Below, in pieces: positions 17,555 to 34,931 of a stretch of 64,000 nt of DNA. The notes beneath the pieces are model-generated. The model searched no databases. It was not told the DNA's origin and saw nothing but the letters and a program-made list of their open reading frames with translations. Origin of the DNA: the human T2T-CHM13v2.0 reference genome, Homo sapiens; assembly GCF_009914755.1 (NCBI RefSeq), contig NC_060935.1. One strand, 5' to 3'. A program made the translations under genes and the position numbers. Numbering within the stretch: position 1 is the stretch's first letter; every line of letters begins with the position of its first letter.

Positions 17555-17716
17555 GTCTTTCTGGAATATTTGATACTAGTGTGAACAGTGCCAGCAGTAA
17601 CACTAAAGAGTCTTCAGTGATGAATTTTCTGTCTACTGCTGAATCCCGAACTGCTCAGGCTGCTGCTTCAGGAACTACTCTCTTACCACAATTCAGGGCT
17701 CCATCCTGGCAGACAG
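17555..17716 (+). CDS. QSER1: QSER1 coding exon (162 nt, phase 1->1): GLSGIFDTSV...SSVMNFLSTAESRTAQ...PQFRAPSWQT-G; contains ATG at 17620
   Basis: aaatttag| acceptor, CAG|gtgatt donor; lies within ORF 17527-17820; MNFLSTAESR recognised as QSER1 sequence. Confidence 0.93.
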
Positions 17717-18701
17717 GTGATTTTCTGTTTCTAGAATTTTTAAGTCCTATAAAAATGCTGATGAAACATATACATTTGATGGCCTTGTCATTGTGGCTGG
17801 GAGTTTTGTTACAATATTGATTTTCCACTGAACTTTAAGACCTGGAATTTTTCAAAATTTTCAGGTGGATAAAATTCAAGAATTTATTACTGGCAGAAAT
17901 TTAGTTTTAGCATTCTGACAAAAACTAGTAAGTTGACATTGAGGGGTAGATAATGATTAAAGAAGGTCTCATATAAGGTTTATATCTAGCAATTACTTGT
18001 CTACTTGAAAGAAGCAAAGATTAAAATTTATTTTAGTGACTTCAGAATGGGTAGGTGTTATAGTAAAAAAAATCTTGGGACTCATTTCATTGTTAGTTTT
18101 ATATAAAGTTATCCTTAATTGGATAGATTAAATCACTAATAAGAGACATTACAAGTTGATATTATGATGTGCCCATTTTCCAGCAATAATTACAAGGTCT
18201 ATAATGTGCTTTTCTATTTCATTTTTCTTATTTTACTTTTCAACCGTTTCTCATCAGAAATTATATCTATATATTTCTGTTTTTTGTAGTATGACAGGAA
18301 TTTTTTTTGGAGTTTTGTCTTAAGAAATGTCATAGTTTATTTGAGAATATGTTTTTAAAGGATAGGTATAGGAAATAGTATTTTAACATTCTGATGTAAA
18401 TTCCACTAATAGAAGTTTCTCAGTTTGCCTTAGCAACATTTTTTTTCCTGCTTCTAAGGGGATAATCAATGATTTGGTGAAATAAAATAATATTTTAAAA
18501 CATAGCTTTATTTTTTACTTCCTGAAATAATTATATATTTCATGTATTTAGTTAGATTTTCCTATCAGTATATTCATGCTGAAACTTGAGAGTTGAAGAA
18601 GTTTTAAAATAAAACAAAAGAAAATCTGTTAATATTTCTGTGAAGTGTTTTTACTCTTGTATAGTTTGTTTTTAAAGTTTTTGTGGTTTTTTAGGTTTCA
18701 A

Positions 18702-18978
<277 letters not shown>

Positions 18979-20892
18979 TAGGATTCAATTTTTAACAATT
19001 CATTTTTGCAATTTGTATCTGATCCCATAAGTGAATTGCATTCAGAAGGGCTTGGACTCCCAGGTTAGTAGGTAGAAGTTTTTTTATTTTTATTTTTTCT
19101 TAGAGCACGACTGATTTTACTATCATACGGCCATTTAAAAGGAATTTAATGGATTTTTGAGCACATTAAACTGGACCTAAACTAATGTACTCTAAATGGG
19201 AAATAAAAATGAAATTGAGACAAAAACATACACAACATATAAATACACCATTAGTTGGAAGAAGGTATTAGTGTTAGTGTGTTAGGATAAGGAACATCAT
19301 CTTTTGGCATGTTTGAGATTACAATATGATCATTAGATGCATTTCAAAATATCGTCTGTGGGCATACTGTGGGGAATTTGCTAGCCTCTGTGACTCCCTT
19401 CTACATTAATCTAATAAATCATGCAGAAGTAAGTGAAGTGAGAAAGATCTTTTATCACTCTACTGGATAGAAGGATTTCAAGAAATAGAAGCTCCTTACT
19501 ACCACTTTAAGCCCCAGATATTCTCTGTCCTTTCTAACTAGCCTCTTCCTCATTCTAGGCATAACTGTGATAATGTCAGTCACTATGTAATTACAATTGG
19601 TTCTTTAAACATGATTTGACATATGTGACATAAAACACCTCATAATAACGACTAAAACTGAATCAATCCATTATTTGTAACTTTACATTTAGTTAAATGT
19701 CGGTTCTTTATTACTGTTTACTTATTATGTTTTAAACCCCCCACCGCAACACACACAAAAGAACAATAGGAGATCTCTGGTAAAGAGCAGTAGAGTCAAT
19801 TGATTAGAGTTTCATGAATATCACTTGACCCTCAGCAAGTCACATCACCTGTCAACCCCAGTTTCCTAATTGCTAGAACAAAGGAGTTGAACTATGTTAT
19901 CTCAAAAGTCTATTCTAGTTCAGTGTATTATTTTAAACATTTCTAAGTGTTATTTATTCTTTCAAGTGCCACTAGATATTTTCTATCTTTGTAGTAATAA
20001 TTCTTTTTGGATATTTAATGGAAAGTAGGAAAATATTTTTCAAAGAGCCAGAGAATTGTTTTCCCCATTTTTCCAAAAATGAAAAAAAAATTTAATGGAG
20101 GTTCACATAAAACATTTAAATAGTAAAAAGGTATATAAAGTGGAAAGTGATAGTTCCTAACTTTTCAAAGAGGAATTAACAGTTTGTTATTTTTATTGGA
20201 TATCCTTCTATGTCAAAACATATGTATCCACCTTAATGTTTATGGCAATAGTATTATTATGGTATGCCATAATTATTTGATTGATCCCTTGTTTATGGAC
20301 TTTTTGTTGTTTCTACTTACTGTAAACAATAACTATAATGAATATCTGGTACAAATATTTTTGTATGCACTCATTTCTTTAGAATAAATTTCTATAGAAC
20401 TTTCAGATCACAAGGGTAAACCCATTTTTACTTTTGCTATATGTGGCTAAAATGCTGTCCTGAAATGTTAACAGTCTCTTTCTGACAGTACTTTGTTAAT
20501 TTCTGATCAACTTTTCATGATAAACATGCATCTATTATGATTGGGAAGTTGTTCATAGGAAGTGAAAGCTTGAAATGCAAGAGATTTTTAAAGTGAATAT
20601 ATTTTGGTAAAAGAAACTGCAGTTCACTGTTTTTTTATATTTATTTATCATGTTAGATGTAGGCAATTTAGCTTTTTTTTTTCCATTTTAATGTTATGTA
20701 CATTTTGGTTTGTCCATTGGTATTTTGTGTTGGTACTTTGGGATAAATTAATCACTAGAGATATGTACATTTTTACTGATTTCTTCATTTTCCTATGACC
20801 TTATCAAACTATATATAAATTATATAACAATTACAGATATGAATTGCTGATATCATTGTAACTTCATTTTTACTCTATGAAAACTAGCTAAT

Positions 20893-21165
20893 CCAGGCGT
20901 GGTGGCTTGCACCTATAATCCCATCACTTTGGTAGACCGAGATAGGAGGATCACTTGAGCCCAGGAGTTCAAGATAGCCTGAGCAACATTGCAAGACCCC
21001 ATCTCTACAAAAATTTAAAAATTAGCCAGGTTTGGGAGTATGCGCCTGTAGTCTCAGCTACTTGGGACACTGCGGCTGCAGTGAGCTATGATCGCAAGAC
21101 TGCACTCTAGCCTGGGCAACAGAGTAAGACCCTGTCTCTTAAAAAAAAAAGAAAAGAAAGAAAGA
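20893..21165 (+). mobile_element. Alu (AluJ-like), internal deletion
   Basis: Alu sequence with A/G-rich tail. Confidence 0.88.
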
Positions 21166-21335
21166 AGCTAGCTATTTTGAAATGTAATTTTCAAAATTTA
21201 CATGCAGAACTAACTGGTCAGGTTTTTCAGTCTTAAGACATTTTGATGAGTTGAGGGTTATGTAAGTCATTACTATGAAAACATAAAGTAATTGTGCCAT
21301 AATTACATAAAAATCTTTGTGCCTTTTCTTCATAG

Positions 21336-24300
21336 GCATGCATTCCTCAGCAGCAACTGAGCTGTTTGCTACTGGACCTTTGCCAAGCACTGGAACACTT
21401 CCACCATCTCTCTCTGCTTATCAGCATCCCACCACCTTCAGCAATAGAAACTTTGCTACCACTTCACCTTTGGTGCTTCAGGATTCAACTTTTAACACTA
21501 CATCAAATGGAATTTTAAGTCATCATGACCCTTTGCTACAAATCAAGACTTCCCAGGGAACTGTTCCAACTGCTTTGGCATTTGAGCGCCTGGGCAGTTC
21601 TGTATTAAGTAACAGCATACCACCTCAGTCTTCAACATACCGCTCAGCTCAAGAGTCTGCACCCCATCTTTTACAACCTCAATTTAGTTTGTTGCCTTCA
21701 GCACTTGGGGGATCCCAGCAGACTCCTCAAGCCTACAGTTCAACTCTCTTTACTAGTTCTACTGCTTCCATTGAAAGAGCTCTTCTTCGAGAATGTAGTG
21801 TTATTAAACACCATCAGCGGCCTTCAGGTACCCAGTCAATTCAGGCACAACTGACTGGTTCACAGCACTCCTTACATAGTTATCTATCAAATTCAAGTGT
21901 AGTTAATTTTCAGGAAACAACCAGGCAGTCATCTTTATCCTGTAGCCCAATTGGAGATTCCACTCAGGTGAGCAACGGAGGATTACAACAGAAGACCTCC
22001 CAGGTCTCAGTGGAACTTGCTCAGTCTTACTCATCTGCGATTCCATCATCAGGGTATCCTCCTTCTACTACAAAAATAAAAAGCTGTTCTACAGAACAAC
22101 CACTGACATCAACCAAGACCCCTAAACCTCAAAGTATAATTCCTCCTGTGCAAACACTAAGCTATTCCAAACCTTTACATAATCAGAGTTCTGTAATATC
22201 GGGCCAAGCACAAATTTATTCTACAGCGCAGCTACCAAGCCTTTTATCAGTTAGTCAGTCCCAAAATTACGGTTTAGTACAGCCACATAATGTGCCATCT
22301 ATTGTTCATTCACAGGTTTATAGGTCCAGCAAGGTTGAGAAATTGCCACCCTTGTATAAAACATTGACTTTTTCTGGGTCATCTCAGACTATAACTCCTG
22401 AAAATCAGACGCTTAATTATTCATCTAATCAGCAAGAGGTATTGTCTTCAGTTACAAATGAGAATTACCCTGCTCAAACAAGAGATCTGTCTTCAGTAAG
22501 TCAGTCTCAAAGTTACTCATCTGGTCACTCTCAGGGTTTATCACCAGTTAGCCAGACACAGGTTAGCTATTCATCTCAATCACAAGTTTTGTCAGTTGTT
22601 AGTCTTTCAGAAAGCTATGCTTCAGGGGAGTCCCTAACATTAACAGCCCCTTCTCTTTCTTATTCTTCTGCCTCTCGGGCTCAGAATTTGCCAGACTCTA
22701 GCCCGACCCAGAATTATATTTCTATGCATTCTTCCCAAAATGTTCAGACTCAAGAGTCATCATCTCCCCAGTCCCAGAAGTTTTTGCCTGCTGTCCAGTC
22801 ATCATCTTTTGCATCCTCTACTCATTGTCAGACATTACAAAATAACATAACTTCCCCTGACCCAAAGTCTTATGCTGAAAGAAAGCTTGACTCAGATGTG
22901 TATCCATCTTCAAAGCAAGAAGATGGTTTTCCAATGCAAGAGTTACAGGTGTTGCAGCCACAAGCATCTCTTGAGTCATCAACCCAAAGGCTATCTGATG
23001 GAGAAATTAATGCTCAAGAATCAACTTATAAGGTGTCAAAGGCAGATGACAGATATTCTCAGAGTGTAATCAGAAGTAATTCCCGTCTTGAAGATCAAGT
23101 TATTGGGGTTGCTCTGCAAGCATCAAAAAAAGAAGAAAGTGTTGTTGGTTCAGTGACACAACTTAACCGACAAATTGGCCAAGTCAATAATGCAGCTACC
23201 CTTGATCTTAAGAACTCAACTAATTTAATACAGACTCCACAAATAAGGTTGAATACTAAAGACTTAAAGCAGCAACATCCTCTCATACTTAAGGTGCATG
23301 AGTCCAAGGTCCAGGAACAGCACGATCAAATAATTAATGCTTCATCTCAGATTCAAATTCCAAATCATGCTTTAGGGCATGGCCATCAGGCATCTCTTCC
23401 TAATACACAGGTCCTTTTAGATTCTGCCTGTGATTTACAAATTCTTCAGCAGTCAATACTGCAGGCAGGTTTAGGTCAAGTAAAGGCATCTTTACAAGCA
23501 CAGCGTGTTCAAAGCCCTCAACAAATAGTACATCCCTTCCTTCAGATGGAAGGTCATGTTATTCAAAGCAATGGTGATCATTCTCAGCAGCAACTCCATC
23601 CTCAAAATTCTGAAGTTATGAAAATGGACCTCTCTGAGTCTTCAAAACCATTACAACAACATCTAACAACAAAGGGCCATTTTAGTGAAACAAATCAACA
23701 TGATTCAAAGAATCAGTTTGTTTCTCTTGGATCGATGTGTTTCCCAGAGGCAGTGCTTCTTAGTGATGAAAGAAATATTTTATCAAATGTAGATGATATC
23801 TTAGCAGCTACAGCAGCAGCTTGTGGAGTTACACCTACTGATTTTTCCAAGTCAACTTCAAATGAAACCATGCAGGCTGTTGAAGATGGTGATTCTAAAT
23901 CTCATTTTCAGCAGTCATTAGATGTCAGGCATGTGACTTCAGATTTTAACTCTATGACAGCTACAGTAGGAAAGCCACAGAATATAAATGATACTTCCTT
24001 AAATGGAAATCAGGTTACTGTGAACCTTTCACCAGTACCTGCCCTTCAGTCAAAAATGACTCTTGATCAACAGCACATTGAAACACCTGGTCAAAATATA
24101 CCAACTAAAGTAACTTCAGCAGTGGTTGGACCAAGTCATGAAGTCCAGGAGCAAAGTTCTGGCCCATTCAAGAAACAGTCTGCTACCAATCTTGAATCTG
24201 AAGAAGACAGTGAAGCTCCTGTTGATAGTACATTAAATAATAACAGAAACCAAGAGTTTGTTTCTAGTAGTAGAAGTATAAGTGGAGAGAGTGCTACATC

Positions 24301-25028
24301 AGAGAGTGAATTTACCTTAGGGGGTGACGACAGTGGTGTGTCAATGAACCCAGCTAGGAGTGCACTTGCACTGTTGGCCATGGCCCAATCTGGGGATGCA
24401 GTCAGTGTCAAGATTGAAGAAGAAAACCAAGATTTAATGCATTTTAACCTTCAAAAGAAAAGAGCTAAAGGAAAAGGGCAAGTTAAAGAGGAAGACAACA
24501 GTAATCAGAAACAGCTGAAAAGACCTGCCCAAGGCAAACGCCAGAATCCAAGGGGAACAGATATTTACTTACCGTATACTCCTCCTTCCTCAGAAAGCTG
24601 CCATGATGGTTATCAGCATCAAGAAAAAATGAGACAGAAGATCAAAGAGGTGGAGGAAAAACAACCGGAAGTCAAAACAGGATTTATTGCTTCTTTCTTA
24701 GATTTTCTGAAATCCGGGCCCAAGCAGCAGTTTTCCACTCTTGCTGTACGAATGCCTAACAGGACTAGACGGCCAGGGACCCAGATGGTTCGTACATTTT
24801 GTCCCCCACCACTTCCCAAGCCTTCATCTACAACACCCACACCTTTAGTGTCTGAAACTGGCGGTAACAGTCCATCAGATAAAGTTGATAATGAACTTAA
24901 AAACTTGGAACATTTATCTTCATTTTCTTCTGATGAAGATGATCCTGGATATAGTCAAGATGCTTATAAAAGCGTCTCTACTCCCTTAACTACTTTGGAT
25001 GCTACTTCTGATAAAAAGAAGAAAACAG
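21336..25028 (+). CDS. QSER1: QSER1 giant internal exon (3693 nt, 1231 codons, phase 1->1), Ser/Gln/Thr-rich low-complexity region
   Basis: 1279-aa ORF 21317-25156 trimmed to ttttcttcatag| acceptor and CAG|gtaaag donor; phases match both neighbours. Confidence 0.96.
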
Positions 25029-25636
25029 GTAAAGTTTTACAATTTAGATTCATAATTATTACTTTCTTCTATTTTTCCAGCTATAGCCCACATTTTAAGC
25101 TTTTTTCACTTAAAGCAGGTCTGCAAGTACATTTTCAGGACAAAATGTATAGGTAGGTATCTTAAGGACTTATTTTTTAAATTTTTCTTGCCTATAGGAA
25201 AGGTCTATGTTTTAGGTTAAGTAGTTCTGCTTTTTCTTGGCTTTTTGCCAAAGGCAGCATAATCTGTACAGTATGCCATCTAATCTGAGACATCTTGAGG
25301 TAATTGAGGCACTGTATTGTGGGCATTGCTGTAGTATAAACCTGGTACATTTTCTTAGTTTGCCAATTTTATCTGAAGATTAACATTTTATTATTAAATA
25401 TGGTTATGTTTAAATATGTTGCAATAGTCCAGGTGACAAATGATAGCTTTTTTCAGATGAGGCAACAGGGATGTTATAGAGTTAAAATCTGAACCATTAA
25501 ATGTGGTTATGTGCAGCATGCACACTAATATAATTAAGATAAAACTTAAAAATTTTATGCTGGCTTCAGATTATATACCCAAATCTTTGGGTATGTGTTT
25601 CACTTTACTCTGTGGCTAAGGGAGCTTTAGAGGAAA

Positions 25637-26043
25637 TTTTTTTTTTTATACTTTAAGTTTTAGGGTACATGTGCACAACGTGCAGGTTAGTTACATATGT
25701 ATACATGTGCCATGTTGGTGGGCTGCACCCATAACTCGTTATTTAACATTAGGTATATCTCCTAATGCTGTCCCTCCCCCCTCCCTCCAGCCCACAACAG
25801 GCCCTGGTGTGTGATGTTCCCCTTCCTGTGCCCATGTGTTCTCATTGTTCAATTCCCACCTGAGTGAGAACACGTGGTGTTTGGTTTTTTGTCCTTGCAA
25901 TAGTTTGCTGAGAATCATGGTTTCCAGCTTCATCCATGTCCCTACAAAGGACATGAACTCATCCTTTTTTATGGCTGCATAGTATTCCATGGTGTATATG
26001 TGCCACATTTTCTTAATCCAGTCTATCATTGTTGGACATTTGG
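25637..26043 (-). mobile_element. 5'-truncated L1PA (about L1PA4-5) 3' end
   Basis: ORF 25739-26029 is the ORF2 C-terminus; 3'UTR and poly(T) present. Confidence 0.92.
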
Positions 26044-26864
26044 CATATTTTAAGAAGCAATGACTTATGTAAACAATTGGCAGTAAGTATGGTATTTTCT
26101 ATTGTAAGAAACATGCCAAGGAAAAATTTATTTGTAACAATAATATAACTACCACCTCTGTGCCAGGAACTAGTAGCAATGTTGTGAGATACACATTGTT
26201 ATCTCCAATATACAGATGATATAACTGAGAATAAATGAATTATGTGGGCCCATACCTCTAGTAAGTGACAGAGCTGGAATCTGAACCCAGGTTTTTCTGG
26301 TTCTAGAGCCTACATTCTTTCTCAGCTCTTTAGGATAAATAGGGTGGTGCTTTAAGACTTAAACCTTGTTTTGTAACATACTTCCCAGCTTCTCTCTGGA
26401 CTTGACTACCTTTAACTACTAAAGTGTTACGAGACAGCTGGTATCCAAATAACCTGTTAGCATAAATATCTGATAATACATTTCTAAAGAATTCTCATTT
26501 CATTACACAGGGAAATTAACATGATAGAAAGTCAGTCTCAGATTCAAAGACATTACTACCATGGATGTGTCTAATCCTAATATGGTTTTATAACGTCTCA
26601 CCCAGTTCAGAGTGCTTTGCAATCGCTATTATATTCCCTCTTACATTCCCAGAATAAACCTTTTGAAATCTCTGTTCTAAAACATGAGTCTAAAACTAGT
26701 TTCTTCCAGAGATATGTTATCTCATTTTTAGTTAAAATCATCATCATAAACCCGATCCTTACTATTAGGTCTTTGAAGTTGTCTTATCACCATCCCTGTT
26801 GCCTCATCTGAAAAAAGCTATCATTTGTCACTTGGACTATTGCAACTGATTACTCATTACAGAC

Positions 26865-27259
<395 letters not shown>

Positions 27260-30200
27260 TGATTGTTACTTCTATTTCAAAACACCTCTGTGCTTCATGG
27301 GAAAAATAAAGATTATATGTAAAAATTCCTTTTTCCATGTTTTACTCTCTTTCCACTGTCCCTCTGCTGTGACAATTGAATTTTTCATTGTTTCTTGGAT
27401 GTCTCTCCCCCTTCTACAGTTGTGAACCTTTGAACACATTTTTCTCTTTGTAGACTACTCTCTTCTCCAGTTTTTAGTCTAGAAGATACTTATTGATCTT
27501 TAAAGACTATTTTCAAAGTCATGTTGTAGACATTATTCCAGACAGAATTAGTGCTCCTATCCTTTGAATTCCCACAGCTCTTAAATTTCAATGAAAGCAT
27601 TTACTTTTGTGTTTTAATGTGTTCATTTACATTTGTATATTTCATTAGAAAGTGAGTTCCTTCAAGCTAGTGAAGGGTTATGGTTGAGAATTTAGGCTTT
27701 AGAGTTAAATCACCTTGGGTTCAAATTCTAGAATCATAGTGCTGTGACTTTAGGGCATGTTCCTCATCTGTAAAATGGGACATGGTGATACAGTCAGTAT
27801 ATAGTAACCTCTCAGGTTTTTGAGAGGACTCAGGGACATAAAGAACGTCATGCACAACCTGAGTCATTAATTGTAGTTATTATACTGCAATCATCTTTGT
27901 ATTTGCAAGACCTGAAGTGTAGCAGGTACTCAAATAATGAGTGAGGGTATGTAAAAGAAAAGTAGAACATTGAGGTGATCGTGAGTTAAAGTAGCCAGGT
28001 TTTGATTTTAATTTTGTGAGTAGAATTCTGACTTTTGCACATAGGTTGCACAGTCCCAAACAGTTTAAATGAAGTCACAGAGATATATGATGAGCCTGTG
28101 GTACTCCACATTTCACAGTTCCATGGTAAATAACTTAAACGTGAGTATATCTTCCACTGATGCTAGTTTCCAAATACTTGTAATATTTTCTGGAACATAG
28201 GCTTGCTGTTAGTTTTTTGTGGACTGCTGTAGCCATTCTGAGCATATGAAGATGTCTTTAGTTGCACCTGTTTCCTCCTGTTTTTTGACTTTAAATTATT
28301 CAGATGCCTAAAGGGCATATTCCTTGCTCTAAAATAATAAAGTTTTCTAGTAAAGTTTGTGATAAAATAATTATAAAGTAAGAATTATTTACATATTTAC
28401 TTGCAGTATAGGAGTTGGATTAAGAAAAAAAAAACTAATGGAACTGTATCTTGTATCAACATAAACTAAATCCTGGGCTCTTTTAGGCAAGATGGTACAC
28501 AGTTGTCTAACACTCTGAATTCTATATTTGCATTAAAAAGACCAATGGAGTATAAAAACCCATCCCTAGTTTTGAATCCTGAAACTAGGGTTAGGTGCTA
28601 TTTTCACCATTCCTTACTCCTTTCAGATTGAATTAAAATGTAGTATAAAACTAGTTTTTGCACTACTAAAATGTTTCTGAATCTGTATCAAGTAATTTAC
28701 TATTATCAAGTCAGTGGAAGTAGAATGTTAGAGCTATATAGTCTAGTTACAATTTGATTTCATTCAAAGTGACTGGTATGTTTTTTCAAAATGAAGGCCA
28801 AACTGACGAACAGCACTCAGCCCCTACTTCACAGGCACCCAGATCTCAAGAATGTAATGAAACCAAAAGTGGTGTTTCCCTTCAGTTTTGTTTGCATCTC
28901 TGGATAAAATGGACTTGGCTGAAATGTGTTGAAAGCTTAAAAAAATGTGTAATACCACCATCAGTTTTCTGGGCTCCTTGAAGATCTTTTAAAACTTAAA
29001 ATTTGGGTTTTAATTTTTTTTTAAGGTTTGTTTTAGTTCTTTGTCTCTGAAATTTATTTGGCATTCTGGGATGTTCTGGGTCTTTGTATACAGAGTAATT
29101 TTGGATTTTATCTTGGACATTTTGAGTACTGTATTGTAAAACTGTAGGTTCTATTAACATCCTCTGAAGAATATTGATTTATTTTGTTCTGTTTTAGCAG
29201 GCAGTCAGAACATAAGTTCTGTCTTACTTTTTGTGAATGGTGTTTCCAGTGTCAGTTCTGTTTTCAAGGCTTTTGCTTTGCTGTTGTAGGTCTGTTTTAG
29301 CAGTTAGCCTAGAACTTGGGTGGGTTGTAGACTATGTTGTAGTTCAGATCTCAAAGCCTTTCTTTTGCTAGTTTTGGTCTATCTTACACTTGTGCATCCT
29401 AGGTATGAAACGCTGATTTGTGTGGGTCCATACATAGAATGAGAAGATCCCATTCTCCAGCTCCCTTTTCCCTGGGATTTTTCCCTACACTGTCCAGATC
29501 CCAGGGTCCCTTTTCCTAGTCTGTTGCCTAGAAGACTGAGATTTTTTTTTTTTTTTTTTTTTGAGATTTATCTTCCCAGGCTTTGACATAATTCTCTGCA
29601 ACTGGGACTGCCCTTGGGGCAATGCAGTGAAAGAAATGAAGGAACAGGGATTCTCCCTATTCTCTTGATGCCTTAGGGGCCTTGTTTCTAGGTTCCTTTT
29701 GCCAACAAGACAAGCATTCTGTTAGGATTTTAGATTTCTGATTCATTATTACTGCATTTCAGCTCTGTGACTTGGGCCTCTCTCTGGACAGAGTTGGAAA
29801 CAAAAAAGAGAAAAAAGAAACAGATTTTCCCCTTACTGTTAGCCTTGCACAAGGCTTCTTTACCCATTCCTCTGGCCAGAAAGTTAGGGTTTTTCTTGAA
29901 GTTTTGTTGCTTTTGTGTTGTATAGTTTTGCTTAGGGACTATCATGATCCCTGCTTGGTCATGACAGATTATTTTAATCTGTTGAAAGATTTAACTTGCT
30001 AGTATTTTATTTGAGATTTTTACACTTAGATTCATAAGTGAGATTAGCTTATAGTATTTTTTGTCTTAATCTGACTCACTTTTGTATTCAGGATTATGTT
30101 GGTCATACAAATTAAACTGGGAGGTTTTTTTTCTGTTCATCCTAGCTTTGAAAGTTTATCATACATAATAGGGATTTGATAAAACTTTCTAAGAATAGAT

Positions 30201-31039
30201 CTAACTAACTGTCTTTCCAGTTTTTCTTGAGGTCGCTTGGTCTGTCTAGGTCAATTTAAGAAAGTTACATTTTCTAGGAAAATCATTCATTTAGATTGTA
30301 AACTTTGTTGTAAAGTTGTCCATAGTAATCCTTAAGTTTTAGTCTCTTCTACCTCTGTAGTTATACCCTCTTTCTTCCTCTAAATGATTATTTGCATTTT
30401 TTCCTTGTCAGTCTGTGAAAGGTTTTTGCCTAATAAATGGTTCTTTTTAAAGAACCAAACTACTTTTATTTTTTTGCTCCTGTTATTTTTTACTTTTTTT
30501 TCTTAATGTCTGGTTTTATCTTAATTCTTTTGCCCTTTATTCCTTGGGTATAATTTGATCATCTCTTTCTGGCTTCTTGAGTTTAATACTTAGTTTATTT
30601 TTGTATTTTTTATCTAATGAATGGCATTTAAGCTGTCAGTTTTCTTCTTTGCACCACACTTTGACCATATCTCATGGTTTCAGTTTATAATGCTCTCACT
30701 TTCTTTTCGAACTGGCTTATTATTTCAGTTTTGATTTCCTTTTTAGCCCAGGATTTATGAAGAATGGTCAGGGGTTCTTTGTCTGTTTCCTAGTAGTTTT
30801 TGTTTTTATTATTATTATTATTATTATTTTTAATTATTATACTTTAAGTTTTAGGGTACATGTGCACATTGTGCAGGTTAGTTACATACGTATACATGTG
30901 CCATGCTGGTGTGCTGCACCCACTAACTCGTCATTTAGCATTAGGTATATCTCCCAATGCTATCCCTCCCCCCTCCCCCCCCCCACAACAGTCCCCAGAG
31001 TGTGATGTTCCCCTTCCTGTGTCCATGTTATCTCACTGT

Positions 31040-34883
<3,844 letters not shown>

Positions 34884-34931
34884 TTATTTTGCTCGTTAGT
34901 TGATTCAGTTTCTTCCCAGTCTCGATGGTCT

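Noticed and set aside
18424-18437. RFX X-box-like TTTGCCTTAGCAAC
   Set aside because: Single imperfect motif; expected by chance in 64 kb.
22872-24840. Alternate-frame and antisense ORFs inside the giant exon (also 43367-43801)
   Set aside because: Short shadows of the coding frame with no independent signals.
25029-25156. Hydrophobic 42-aa read-through tail of the 1279-aa ORF
   Set aside because: Lies past a good donor whose phase matches the next exon; hydrophobicity reflects T-rich intron. Only ATTAAA-type signals nearby, so no support for a real isoform.
30964-30984. C-rich tract with G-quadruplex potential on the - strand
   Set aside because: Standard L1PA 3'UTR polypurine tract.
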